The translations under genes were made by a program, and so were the position numbers. The notes beneath the pieces are model-generated. The model made no database searches. It had not been told where the DNA came from and worked only from the letters and a program-made list of their open reading frames with translations. A stretch of DNA of 64,000 nucleotides from Promethearchaeota archaeon (GTDB lineage: Archaea; Asgardarchaeota; Hermodarchaeia; Hermodarchaeales; Hermodarchaeaceae): NCBI GenBank assembly GCA_048938295.1, contig JBHLMI010000008.1:14082-78081 (forward strand), written 5' to 3'. Below are positions 29,884-39,007 of the stretch, piece after piece. The stretch's first letter is position 1. The number at the start of each line of letters is the position of its first letter.

Positions 29884-30423
29884 ATGCGCCCCCAAAGCAG
29901 CCGTTACATGTTCAAGGTTTCGGTAATTGGCGATTACGCCGTGGGAAAAACCTCCCTAATTAAACGTTATATGACGGATTCCTTTGATGAAGGGTATAAA
30001 GCAACTCTTGGCGCTGCTATTTCCTCGTTCCAAACCAGCGTAAAGGGATCTGATGTCGCGCTGCAAGTTTGGGATCTAGCAGGCCAAACCTCCTTCCGTA
30101 GAGTTCGGGTACAATATCTATTCGGCACTGATTTCGCGATCGTGGTATTCGATTTAACAAGAAAAGATTCTTTGGACTGTGTTAAAGAATGGGTGAGTGA
30201 TGTAAGGCAGGGTGCGCCTGAAGTACTCCTATTCCTTGTTGGTAATAAGGCAGATTTGAAGGAAGATCGAGTGGTGAACCCTGTGGCTGCTGAGAAAGTC
30301 GGAAAAAGTTTGAATATGCTTGGCTACCTTGAGACCTCCGCAAAGGAAGGAACCAATGTCAAAGAACTCTTTCACATCATTTCCGAATACCTCTTAGAAC
30401 ATACATTCACTGTAATAAAATGA
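29884..30423 (+). CDS. Ras/Rab-family small GTPase
   Basis: G1 GDYAVGKTS, G3 WDLAGQ, G4 GNKADL, G5 ETSAKEG. 179 aa. Its stop overlaps the next start (ATGA). Confidence 0.85.
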   Translation: MRPQSSRYMFKVSVIGDYAVGKTSLIKRYMTDSFDEGYKATLGAAISSFQTSVKGSDVALQVWDLAGQTSFRRVRVQYLFGTDFAIVVFDLTRKDSLDCVKEWVSDVRQGAPEVLLFLVGNKADLKEDRVVNPVAAEKVGKSLNMLGYLETSAKEGTNVKELFHIISEYLLEHTFTVIK

Positions 30424-31898
30424 CAAAAAAGGTGCTCGAACGCGTGACACTCCCAAGGGAAATCACTGAATTCCTGAACGAGGAACAGGGACAAACTCTA
30501 CTCATCAAAGGAAAATCAGGAACTGGAAAATCCACACTAGCCTTATCCTTACTTGGTCATCTAGCCGAGACCCTACCTAAGAAATTCAGTGTTGAAAACT
30601 TTGTGTACCTTTCAACGCGTGTTGCAAGCTCGAGTCTGAAATCCCAATTTCCTTGGGCGTTTCAATTGCTTTCAGAAAATCAAATCATCGATGCGACACC
30701 ATCGCTCATGGGGCTTCCTGAAACCACCTTAGCGTGTGGGGAGTCATCTAACAATCGGATGGTGTACTCCGATGAGTTGACGTTCATTAGCGCAGTAAAT
30801 GATCGATTGCGGAACTTGACCAATCCTGTGTGTGTCATTGACTCATTTGATGCGATTATCGAAGCCGCGCAAGCTGACCCCCAGCGCCTGACAAGCGCAT
30901 TAACGAATCTTGGTCGCATCCTATGCGGTAAAATCATTCTTATTGTCGAAGGTATTGAGGAGTCGACGTTAGATCATATAGTCGATGGTATTGTATGCGT
31001 CACTAAGGAATTCACGGCAGAGCGGATGTGGCGTAGTCTTCGGCTAATCAAGCTCCGTGGTACGCCAATTGATCAAAGTATGCGAGGATTTTCTCTTCGG
31101 GGGAGTCGTTTTACCATTTTGCATTCATTTGATGCAGAACAAGCCAACCGCGTATCAGATTTCGAGGTCATCGCCCACTCTGGTGGTCGATTTTCGTCAG
31201 GAGTCCCAGAACTAGATACGGTTTTTGGCGGTTTCAGACGAGGAAGCACATTCTTCATTGATGTCGCCGAAGGCGTCGCCAACGAAACGGTTCACAGTCT
31301 AATCTTCAGCATGGTGGCGAACTTCCTACGCCAAGACAGCGGTGTTGTCATTGTTCCACCAAACAAACTGAGCTTCCGGCGACTCAAAGCAGCCTCACTT
31401 CGCTACGGATTTGTCGACCAACTCAACACACGCCTCCGCTTCTTCGCAAGTGCAGCGACTAGCCTAGGCGTTTCTAGTGCAACTGGAGAACTTGGTGAAC
31501 CATATTACAAAACCGTGGCATTCCGTGAAAGCTCTGATCTTGAGAATGCTTGGAGTATGGTGGTAGAAGAACTCAGAAATCAAGGGTGCAAAAACTTACT
31601 AAGCGTAGTAGGCTTTGGTTGGTTGCATTCATGGTTAGGCCCAACCGAATTACCACGTTGGGCTACGCGGATTGCCAATGATACCGCTACGGAAAGTAAC
31701 CTAGCAGTCACCATAGGCTATAGCAGTACAAAGGATATAAACCGATATCTGGCAGATTTAGCAGACATTCACGTTCAGTTAGCAGTAAAGGAAGGAGTCA
31801 CAGTCTTTCATGGAATCAATCCCTCGACTCCTCAATACTGCATCTACACACACCTTGTGGAGGGAAACCCACAAATTGGCTTCCAAGAAATCGGATAA
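30420..31898 (+). CDS. tandem KaiC-like protein (active N-domain plus degenerate C-domain)
   Basis: N-domain has Walker A GKSGTGKST. C-domain keeps the KaiC-like loop GVPELDTVFGGFRRGSTFFI but lacks GKT/S, so it is a pseudo-ATPase. Confidence 0.65.
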   Translation: MTKKVLERVTLPREITEFLNEEQGQTLLIKGKSGTGKSTLALSLLGHLAETLPKKFSVENFVYLSTRVASSSLKSQFPWAFQLLSENQIIDATPSLMGLPETTLACGESSNNRMVYSDELTFISAVNDRLRNLTNPVCVIDSFDAIIEAAQADPQRLTSALTNLGRILCGKIILIVEGIEESTLDHIVDGIVCVTKEFTAERMWRSLRLIKLRGTPIDQSMRGFSLRGSRFTILHSFDAEQANRVSDFEVIAHSGGRFSSGVPELDTVFGGFRRGSTFFIDVAEGVANETVHSLIFSMVANFLRQDSGVVIVPPNKLSFRRLKAASLRYGFVDQLNTRLRFFASAATSLGVSSATGELGEPYYKTVAFRESSDLENAWSMVVEELRNQGCKNLLSVVGFGWLHSWLGPTELPRWATRIANDTATESNLAVTIGYSSTKDINRYLADLADIHVQLAVKEGVTVFHGINPSTPQYCIYTHLVEGNPQIGFQEIG

Positions 31899-32256
31899 GA
31901 TTCGCATCCTATTAGCAGATGATTCACCACACTTTCTCCGTTCAGCTCAGCTACTCCTTCGTGACTATGATATTGAAACTGCACTTGATGGGGAAGAGGC
32001 TCTCGCTAAACTTAAGGCTAATCCACCAGACATCTTCTTCGTGGACCTAGTACTGCCAAAAATTCGGGGTACCGACCTCATTCGCCTAGTCTCAAAGGAG
32101 TACCCTGACATTGCCATTGTCGCTTTGACTGCTATCGATGATCATGAAACTGTACAAGAAGTCATGGATTTAGGTGCAAAAGGTTATCTGATTAAGCCTG
32201 TATCATCGGATACCTTCAAGACAGAAATCAAGAAACATACCGAGTCTAGCGATTAA
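31876..32256 (+). CDS. stand-alone CheY-like response-regulator receiver
   Basis: IRILLADDSP (acidic pair), FVDLVLP (phospho-acceptor Asp), ALTA (Thr), KGYLIKP (Lys). Start is uncertain: TTG 31876 overlaps the upstream stop. The ORF track's 31810 start would overlap by 89 nt. Confidence 0.65.
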   Translation: MASKKSDKIRILLADDSPHFLRSAQLLLRDYDIETALDGEEALAKLKANPPDIFFVDLVLPKIRGTDLIRLVSKEYPDIAIVALTAIDDHETVQEVMDLGAKGYLIKPVSSDTFKTEIKKHTESSD

Positions 32257-32267
32257 TCACTTAATAT

Positions 32268-32657
32268 CTACTTGAGGTCCTCGATGGTTCGTCCAGTCTT
32301 TTTGAGATATTCTTCAATGGCTTTATGTAGACCATCTGCAGCCAAGTTAGAGCAGTGCATTTTGATTGGAGGGAGGCCTTCGAGATTATCTGCGACGTCG
32401 CTACGGGTTATCTGGTAGGCTTCTTTTAGAGTCTTGCCCTTTGTGATTTCAGTCACCATGCTCGAAGTGGCGATGGCGGCTGCACATCCAAAGGTCTTGA
32501 AGCTGATATCAGTGATGATATCATCTTTAACTTTGATGTAAATCCAGATGAGGTCTCCACACGTTGGGTTCCCAACTTTTCCTATTGCATCGGCATCTTC
32601 CATTTCTCCCATATTTCGTGGATGGGTGAAATGTTCCATTACTTTTTCACTGTACAT
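32268..32657 (-). CDS. iscU: Fe-S cluster scaffold IscU/NifU-like
   Basis: Motifs GNPTCGDLIWIYIKV, ..FGCAAAIAT.., ..HCSNLA.. (three conserved Cys). Confidence 0.85.
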   Translation of the reverse strand: MYSEKVMEHFTHPRNMGEMEDADAIGKVGNPTCGDLIWIYIKVKDDIITDISFKTFGCAAAIATSSMVTEITKGKTLKEAYQITRSDVADNLEGLPPIKMHCSNLAADGLHKAIEEYLKKTGRTIEDLK

Positions 32658-32683
32658 TTTTGGTTCATCTCCTTTTCTGGTGC

Positions 32684-33895
32684 TTAATGGTGATGTTCAT
32701 GCTCTTCGTCTTCGAAGAGTTCATAGGGTACATCCTTTGAAAGTGGTGACATTGCCCTTAGTTTTTTGACGATTGGCGGAAGCACTTCGACAAATCGATC
32801 GACTTGTACTTGAGTGTTTTCACGTCCAAGCGTGAGTTGGAGAGCGCCATGGGCTTCAGCTTCGGATACACCCATGCTGATTAAGCAATGAGAGGGTGCA
32901 AGTGTCCTAGAGGTACAGGCGGAGCTGGTAGCAACCAGAAAGCCCTGGAAACTCAGATGCAGAGTTATTGACTCGCCCTCAATATAGCTAAACCGGATGT
33001 TAGCGTTATTCGGTAATCGTTTTGTCGGATGTCCATTTAGATAAGCCTCATCAATTTCGTCGAGTACCCCTTTTATCAAGCTATCGCGTAGCTTTGAGAG
33101 GTGCTTAGCATCTTCTGGTTGCTGCTTTGTTGCAATCTCAGCAGCCTGTCCCATTCCAACAATCCCCGGGACATTTTCTGATCCTGATCGGATTCCATAT
33201 TCTTGTCCTCCACCGAGGATGATGGTTTGAACTGCATTGCCTTTCTTTACGAAAAGAGCACCGACGCCTTTGGGACCATAAAGATCATTTGAAGAAAGCG
33301 TCAGTAAGGAAATGTTCTGTTCAGAGACGTTAATGGGAATTTGACCTGCACTAGCGACAGCATCCACGTGTAGTGGAATATCAGCCGTTGAGGCGATTTT
33401 TCCAATTTCAGCTAATGGCTGGATTGTACCAACTTCATTATTGGCGTGTTGAATTGAAATGAGTATGGTATGGTCAGTTATAGCCTCTTTGAGGGCGGTT
33501 GTGTCCACTAACCCATATTTGTCAACAGGCACCAGGGTCGATTCAAAACCCTGTTTGTTAAGAAACTTCATAGTGTTGATGATGCTAAGGTGCTCAACCT
33601 GTGAGATGATGATGTGATTCCCTTTTCGGCGGTGAAGATAAGCATAGCCTTGCAGTGCTAAATTGTTGGCCTCTGTGGCTCCACTGGTGAAGATAATACG
33701 ATCCTTCGCATCCGCACCAATTAGTTGCGCCACTTGAACCCGGGCATTCTCAACAGCCTTTGCTGATTGTTGCCCTACCATATGCACGGAACCCGGATTT
33801 CCATAGTATGTGCGGAAATACGGTTGCATAGCTGCAAGGACTCGTTCATCGACCGGGACTCCAGCACTATGATTGAAGTTGACCTGTTCGACCAT
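32684..33895 (-). CDS. iscS: cysteine desulfurase (IscS/NifS family), with His-rich C-terminal tail
   Basis: PLP-fold aminotransferase class V. Motifs ..FTSGATEANN.., active-site SSACTS. C-terminus ends EDEEHEHHH. Confidence 0.88.
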   Translation of the reverse strand: MVEQVNFNHSAGVPVDERVLAAMQPYFRTYYGNPGSVHMVGQQSAKAVENARVQVAQLIGADAKDRIIFTSGATEANNLALQGYAYLHRRKGNHIIISQVEHLSIINTMKFLNKQGFESTLVPVDKYGLVDTTALKEAITDHTILISIQHANNEVGTIQPLAEIGKIASTADIPLHVDAVASAGQIPINVSEQNISLLTLSSNDLYGPKGVGALFVKKGNAVQTIILGGGQEYGIRSGSENVPGIVGMGQAAEIATKQQPEDAKHLSKLRDSLIKGVLDEIDEAYLNGHPTKRLPNNANIRFSYIEGESITLHLSFQGFLVATSSACTSRTLAPSHCLISMGVSEAEAHGALQLTLGRENTQVQVDRFVEVLPPIVKKLRAMSPLSKDVPYELFEDEEHEHHH

Positions 33896-33929
33896 ATTAC
33901 ATCTCTCCAAATTACTCGTTTATTAACCG

Positions 33930-34301
33930 TTAGAAAGTTAGTATTGCATCAGCTTCTAAAGCAAGGTCATTGAGGGTTGCTGATCCAACAACTCCACATT
34001 CTTTCACGTAACCACCACGTTCAATGCCTAACATTTGTGTGCTTTGGTCACAAGCCATGAGCTTGACACCAGCTTCGATAGCCTGGTCGATAACTTCATT
34101 TAGCGGAGGGAAGTTCCCCATCTTGATTTTTTCAGCTTCCCCTTGCTTCATGACCGTCACGCCTTTTATTAGAAAATAGATAGTGGCATCAATATCCATT
34201 GTTCTAGCTGTGGTGGCTAATACAAACGGAGCATAAAGCCGATGAGGCTCATCTGTTCCGCTTGTTACTACATACAAGATTTTTTTAGGCATTTTTTTCA
34301 C
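33930..34301 (-). CDS. DsrE/DsrF-like sulfur-relay family protein
   Basis: KKILYVVTSGTDEPHR... pattern and conserved Cys in LMACDQS resemble the DsrE/YchN fold. Confidence 0.55.
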   Translation of the reverse strand: MKKMPKKILYVVTSGTDEPHRLYAPFVLATTARTMDIDATIYFLIKGVTVMKQGEAEKIKMGNFPPLNEVIDQAIEAGVKLMACDQSTQMLGIERGGYVKECGVVGSATLNDLALEADAILTF

Positions 34302-34567
34302 CTCTCAGTCTTTTGAACCAGGAACCGGAGATAGTCATCACAATGTTCGATTTTTAAAATCGTGTTACCTGTGCGTTTTGCCCATCTTGAGATGTCTTCT
34401 TCTGAGGCAGGATCGTCAGCTAACACTTCAACAACTTCATCGAGTTTTGCCTCTAGCACTGCCTGCCTGGTCTTATACACAGGAATTGGACAATACAAAC
34501 CCCGTGCGTCAACCGTATGGTGGATTTCGACCTTGTCGCTTGTTGATTTCTTTGATTCGTCCAACAT
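34298..34567 (-). CDS. tusA: TusA-like sulfurtransferase
   Basis: 89 aa. LDARGLYCPIPVYKTRQAV has the CPxP motif. Confidence 0.8.
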   Translation of the reverse strand: MLDESKKSTSDKVEIHHTVDARGLYCPIPVYKTRQAVLEAKLDEVVEVLADDPASEEDISRWAKRTGNTILKIEHCDDYLRFLVQKTER

Positions 34568-34593
34568 TCCAATATGCCTCCGGAATCACTAAG

Positions 34594-34608
34594 CTTAACA
34601 GTGTTAAG
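34594..34608. promoter_or_regulatory. 15-bp perfect palindrome CTTAACAgTGTTAAG in a divergent promoter region; AAGCTT direct repeat 32 bp apart; TATATAAGC TATA-like box at 34617
   Basis: Seen directly in the sequence between tusA start (34567) and the RHH gene start (34737). Confidence 0.25.
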
Positions 34609-34736
34609 TTCAACCCGTATATAAGCTTGCTCCAATCACGAATACCCTATCAAAGTGCAACAATGTAACGCATAAAGAGGGTGAGGCGTAACGCTAAAAT
34701 GCCATGTTTTACTCACCATGAGAATAGGGAAAGCCC

Positions 34737-35138
34737 ATGACCTCCTCATCTAAAAACAAAACGAGGCGAAGAGCTCCTGCAGCCTCAGTCTCAACAGATG
34801 ACCTGGATATGACACCTGCGTTGAAACAGGAAGTAATGGAAGAACTAAAACAGCTCTTTATGAAAGGCGATCTCCCTGAAGCGAAACGTCGTGACAATAT
34901 TGTGATGACCCGACTGTGGGATTCAGATTTGAGAATCGTCGATGCATTAATTGCACTAGAGATTTTCAAGAGCCGAAGTGAAGCTGTGGCGTTTCTAACT
35001 CATGAGGGTATCCAAGCTAAAAGCGAACTAGTAGACACAATTCTCCCAGCCATTGAGCAAATTGAGGAGATTAAACGGCAGACCCGTAAACAAGCTGTAT
35101 CTGCTCTGCATAAGTCCAAACAGCAGAAAGAGATCTGA
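34737..35138 (+). CDS. ribbon-helix-helix (CopG-like) DNA-binding protein
   Basis: TRLWDSDLRIVDALIALEIFKSRSEAVAFL matches the RHH signature (beta-strand, helix, SRSE). Confidence 0.4.
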   Translation: MTSSSKNKTRRRAPAASVSTDDLDMTPALKQEVMEELKQLFMKGDLPEAKRRDNIVMTRLWDSDLRIVDALIALEIFKSRSEAVAFLTHEGIQAKSELVDTILPAIEQIEEIKRQTRKQAVSALHKSKQQKEI

Positions 35139-35200
35139 CCTTTCAGATTGCTAAAATTCTTTTTTCGAGCTTAGCGAAGCACTTTAAAAAGCCGCGTCTT

Positions 35201-36400
35201 ATGTTTGTCGATTTAGCACATACTCGATATGTGATGACGATGACAGAGATTGCATTCCTTTCTGAAGAAGAGATCAAGTTTCAAATGAAAGCTCGTAGCT
35301 TCGTACAGAAGACCTTGGCGCCGGTAGCGGAAGAGATAGAGCAAGGCAAAGTAGAAGCCTGGGATATTATCCGAAAATTTGGCAAAGCCGGCTATTTAGG
35401 ATCCCGGTATCCGCTCGAATATGGCGGAATTGGAAAAGGACTAATGTATGAGGTGTTGGTCACCGAAGAAATCTGTGCAGTTCACGCAGGTTTTGACATG
35501 GCACGAGTCGCGTCATGTATACTCTTTGCACATCCAGTCTATGAATTCGGGACTGAGGCTCAGAAGAAGAAATATCTAACTCCCGTATCAAAGGGTGAGA
35601 AGATCGGTGCATTGGGTATTACAGAACCTAACGTCGGAAGCGATGTTGCTGGGACTGAAACGCGTGCAGAAAAACGTGGGGACAAATACGTTATCAATGG
35701 TGAAAAACGATTTATCACCAACGGACCGGTCGCCGACTATCTACTGTGTTATACAGTCACCAATCCAACGGTGAAAGCCAAACAAGGAATGACTGCCTTT
35801 ATCGTTGAAACCAAGACCAAAGGATTTGAAGTCGTAGAAGAATACGAACTCTTGGGAATGCATGGGGCGCATGTAGGTCGGCTAGCCCTCAATGATGTAA
35901 AAGTTTCAGAGGAACAAATCCTTGGAGACCTTAATGGTGGATTTCGTGTTGTCATGGCTGGACTTGATGCTGAACGCACGATACTCGCAGCTGAAATGAA
36001 TGGGGTTGCTCGTGCGGCGATGGAAGAGGCAGTGAATTACAGCAATCATCGAGTGCAATTCCGACGTAAGATCCGTGAGTTTGAAGGGGTTAGCTTCAAA
36101 ATCGCCGATATGGCTACAAAGCTCGAAGCCGCTCGGTTACTCACTTACAAAGCCGCCCGGTTAATCGATGCTGGGAAACCAGCCACCAAGGATGCAGCCA
36201 TCGCAAAACTCTATGCTTGTGAGAAATCCATCGAAACAGCCACTGATGCCCTACAGGTGCTAGGCGGGATTGGATATACAAAACAGCGCCCAGTAGAGCG
36301 ATTTCTTCGCGATGCCCGCCTGATGACTATTGGTGGAGGTACAGCTGAAATCCTGCGATACCTCATCCAACGTGAAGTCTTCAGGGAATACGACCTGTAA
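35201..36400 (+). CDS. acyl-CoA dehydrogenase
   Basis: GITEPNVGSDVAGTETRAEKRGDKYVINGEKRFITNG. C-terminal ..IGGGTAEI.. 399 aa. Confidence 0.85.
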   Translation: MFVDLAHTRYVMTMTEIAFLSEEEIKFQMKARSFVQKTLAPVAEEIEQGKVEAWDIIRKFGKAGYLGSRYPLEYGGIGKGLMYEVLVTEEICAVHAGFDMARVASCILFAHPVYEFGTEAQKKKYLTPVSKGEKIGALGITEPNVGSDVAGTETRAEKRGDKYVINGEKRFITNGPVADYLLCYTVTNPTVKAKQGMTAFIVETKTKGFEVVEEYELLGMHGAHVGRLALNDVKVSEEQILGDLNGGFRVVMAGLDAERTILAAEMNGVARAAMEEAVNYSNHRVQFRRKIREFEGVSFKIADMATKLEAARLLTYKAARLIDAGKPATKDAAIAKLYACEKSIETATDALQVLGGIGYTKQRPVERFLRDARLMTIGGGTAEILRYLIQREVFREYDL

Positions 36401-36461
36401 ATTTAGATTAATCTCCTAGACAGTAGCTTAAAATAGTCCATCCACCTGGTGCCGTCTCTGC

Positions 36462-37769
36462 TTGAGGAGAACCATTTTGAGTAAGATGTTACGTGAGGAT
36501 GCCATTGGCTATTGGCAACGTATGCGCCAGTTCACACCCAATGCACAAAAGCTGATTCTTAGTAACGTCTTCTCGGCCTTTGGTTGGGGAATCACTCAAA
36601 CCCTGTTCAATCTTTATATCATCAGCTTAGGCTATTCTAACACCTTCGTCGGAAGCCTCATGTCCATCAACGCCTTCACAATGGCCATCTGCTCACTGTT
36701 TATGGGATTCCTTGTCTCACGGTTTGGCACCAAACGTTCACTTATCCTGGCTTCATTCATCACGTTCTTCGCTTCAATAACCCAGGTTCTCTTTCCTATG
36801 CCTCCAATTCTTTATGCAATGGCAATAATCAGCGGACTTGGTCAGGCAATGCGTAATGTGGCTTTTGGTCCCTTCTTAACCAAATGTAGCACCGCTTATG
36901 AACGGACCCATTTGTTTGGCACCTCCCAATCAGCGTTCATTCTGAGCTCCTTTTTCGCCAACACGCTAGCCGGATTTCTCCCAGGTATGTTCGCCTTCTA
37001 TTTTGGATTCCCTTTGGACAGCTCCATCACGTTTCAACTGGCACTTCTCGTCCAAGCGCTCCCATTATCGTTAGGCATTCTTCCACTCCTTCTTGTACGT
37101 GAAAAGAATCAGCCCATACTTCGTGAGATTCTGTACGAAGTTGGAGATATCGAACCTGTCGTCAAACAGGATGTACGAAGACTGCTCCTTCAATTCGGGA
37201 TTGTTAATGCCTTTATTGGCCTTGGGGCTGGATTCGTTATCCCTTACCTAACTATTTTCTTCTGGGACTTCTATAACCTCCCCACCTACATGGTTGGACT
37301 CGTTCAGGGATTTGGATCTCTTTCAGTTGCAGCGGGTGCTTTTCTCTCACCAGTATTATCAACGCGAATCGGAAAGGTGAAAACCGTTCTCGTAACCCAA
37401 AGCCTATCCCTTCCGTTTCTTTTCTTCATCGCCACCATCATCAACCCTTTTGTGGCGATTGTGAGCTACCTGTTTCGTGTAGTTCTCATGAATGCTAGCG
37501 GTCCGGTGGATCAGGCACTCCGAATGGAATTGACTCCAGAAGCCTACCGTCCACAGATGAGTGCGGCATCGTCGTTTGCCTGGAATTTCCCTTGGGCATT
37601 TAGCACTCTTGTGACTGGTCCGCTCTTCGATTTGGGATTATATTTAATTCCGTTCTGGTTCACTCTTGGTAGTTATTCAGCATCCACCCTTCTGTATGCA
37701 GCGTTCTTTTGGAATATCGAGAAAAGACAGAAACATACTCATGGACAAAACACCAACAAGGTGAGCTAA
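36462..37769 (+). CDS. MFS transporter (paralog A)
   Basis: 435 aa, 12 TM. About 45% identical to the ORF at 39008. Confidence 0.7.
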   Translation: MRRTILSKMLREDAIGYWQRMRQFTPNAQKLILSNVFSAFGWGITQTLFNLYIISLGYSNTFVGSLMSINAFTMAICSLFMGFLVSRFGTKRSLILASFITFFASITQVLFPMPPILYAMAIISGLGQAMRNVAFGPFLTKCSTAYERTHLFGTSQSAFILSSFFANTLAGFLPGMFAFYFGFPLDSSITFQLALLVQALPLSLGILPLLLVREKNQPILREILYEVGDIEPVVKQDVRRLLLQFGIVNAFIGLGAGFVIPYLTIFFWDFYNLPTYMVGLVQGFGSLSVAAGAFLSPVLSTRIGKVKTVLVTQSLSLPFLFFIATIINPFVAIVSYLFRVVLMNASGPVDQALRMELTPEAYRPQMSAASSFAWNFPWAFSTLVTGPLFDLGLYLIPFWFTLGSYSASTLLYAAFFWNIEKRQKHTHGQNTNKVS

Positions 37770-38045
37770 CAAGAGAGAACACTGGACCGTGACAGGAATT
37801 TGCCCCATTGGTCCGGTGGATGGTGTGACTTAGAATCGTCGTCGCATCAGTACATAGACAATGATGATGCCAGCAATCATGAAGATGAGGCCAATCATCA
37901 GTCCTAGCTTGAAGGATCCGAGTGTTTTTTTAGAAAAGGTGGTTGGCGATAGCGTTATATTCGATGAGATCGTAGTGTGAGAAGGTTTATATAGGTAGAC
38001 TTCTACATAGCTATGTAGAGCACTACATAACTCGGTGACTACATA

Positions 38046-38618
38046 ATGGCATTCTGTGGTAAAGGACGCATTGAAACTAGTGAAGGCAGCGTCAGCTTCG
38101 TAGAAATTATCATCCTCACCCTCTTGAATCAGGGTCCAGCGCATGGCTATCGTGTGCTGCAAGGTCTGAAGGGCAGACTTGGTGGCTGGAGGCTGAAGAG
38201 CGGTACAGTGTATCCTGCACTCCATAGAATGGCTGAACGAGACCTTATTTCTAGTGAACGGGTAACCCAGGAGGACCGCCCGGATGCCGTAGAGTATCAG
38301 TTGACCGCAAAGGGGAAAAAGGTACTCGACGAAGCGCTTCGTAATCTCAGGTCCGAGTTCAAAGCGCAAGACCATTTTTGGCGGTTCTTAGGAACCAGCA
38401 TGAATGGCAAAGCCCAAGACGAACTTTTAGATTGGAGTGTCCGCGAGCAAAGCCCTGCAGCTTTCATGGCCATGAAGATACAATGTGATTGCGAACCGGG
38501 CCATTGTACCCCACGACACCTCCTATTCATGAAACGCTATCGAGAATACCTGGAACGTGAACTGAAATGGGTTGAAAAACGACTCACCGAGTTGAAAAGC
38601 TCTGACGAATTAGAATAG
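38046..38618 (+). CDS. PadR-family transcriptional regulator
   Basis: EIIILTLLNQGPAHGYRVLQGL...GTVYPALHRMAERDLISSE (PadR winged HTH) plus a C-terminal coiled coil. Confidence 0.75.
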   Translation: MAFCGKGRIETSEGSVSFVEIIILTLLNQGPAHGYRVLQGLKGRLGGWRLKSGTVYPALHRMAERDLISSERVTQEDRPDAVEYQLTAKGKKVLDEALRNLRSEFKAQDHFWRFLGTSMNGKAQDELLDWSVREQSPAAFMAMKIQCDCEPGHCTPRHLLFMKRYREYLERELKWVEKRLTELKSSDELE

Positions 38619-38631
38619 AGGTGAAACAGCT

Positions 38632-38835
38632 ATGTGTGGACCAACAGAACACCGCTTCGGGTTCCGAGGTATGGCTCCGTTCATAGGTCAGATGTGCTGC
38701 AGTCCTGGATATGAACCGAGTAAAGAAGCTCGCATCAAAGGTCTGGAAGCCATGAAAGCCCAGCTTGAAGACTACATCAAGCACATTGATGAACGGATCT
38801 CCGACCTTGAAAAAGAAGAGAAGAAAAGCGCTTAA
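38632..38835 (+). CDS. DUF5320-like small protein (Gly/Pro-rich N-terminus plus coiled coil)
   Basis: ATG with GAGGTGA 8 nt upstream. GPTEHRFGFRGMAPFIGQMC then LEAMKAQLEDYIKHIDERISDLEKEEKK. Confidence 0.45.
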   Translation: MCGPTEHRFGFRGMAPFIGQMCCSPGYEPSKEARIKGLEAMKAQLEDYIKHIDERISDLEKEEKKSA

Positions 38836-39007
38836 GCCATTCTCGCACCCAGGGCCCTGGAATCTTCGCGACGTCGCATTTCCTTTTTTCTTATCCTTTC
38901 ACAAGCTTTTATTATTGTAAGCACGAGGCAAGGACTACCGAATTGCCATACCAAGAACGCGGGGTAGTCGTCCTCGGTTTTTTGCATGGTTTTGGAGGAG
39001 CCATTCG

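Noticed and set aside
37830-38375. 181-aa minus-strand ORF overlapping the PadR gene
   Set aside because: Most of it is antisense to a convincing PadR reading frame. Its non-overlapping 3' part (37830-38045) has a TM-like ending (MIGLIFMIAGIIIVYVLMRRRF), but no supported start; a tiny real membrane peptide cannot be excluded.
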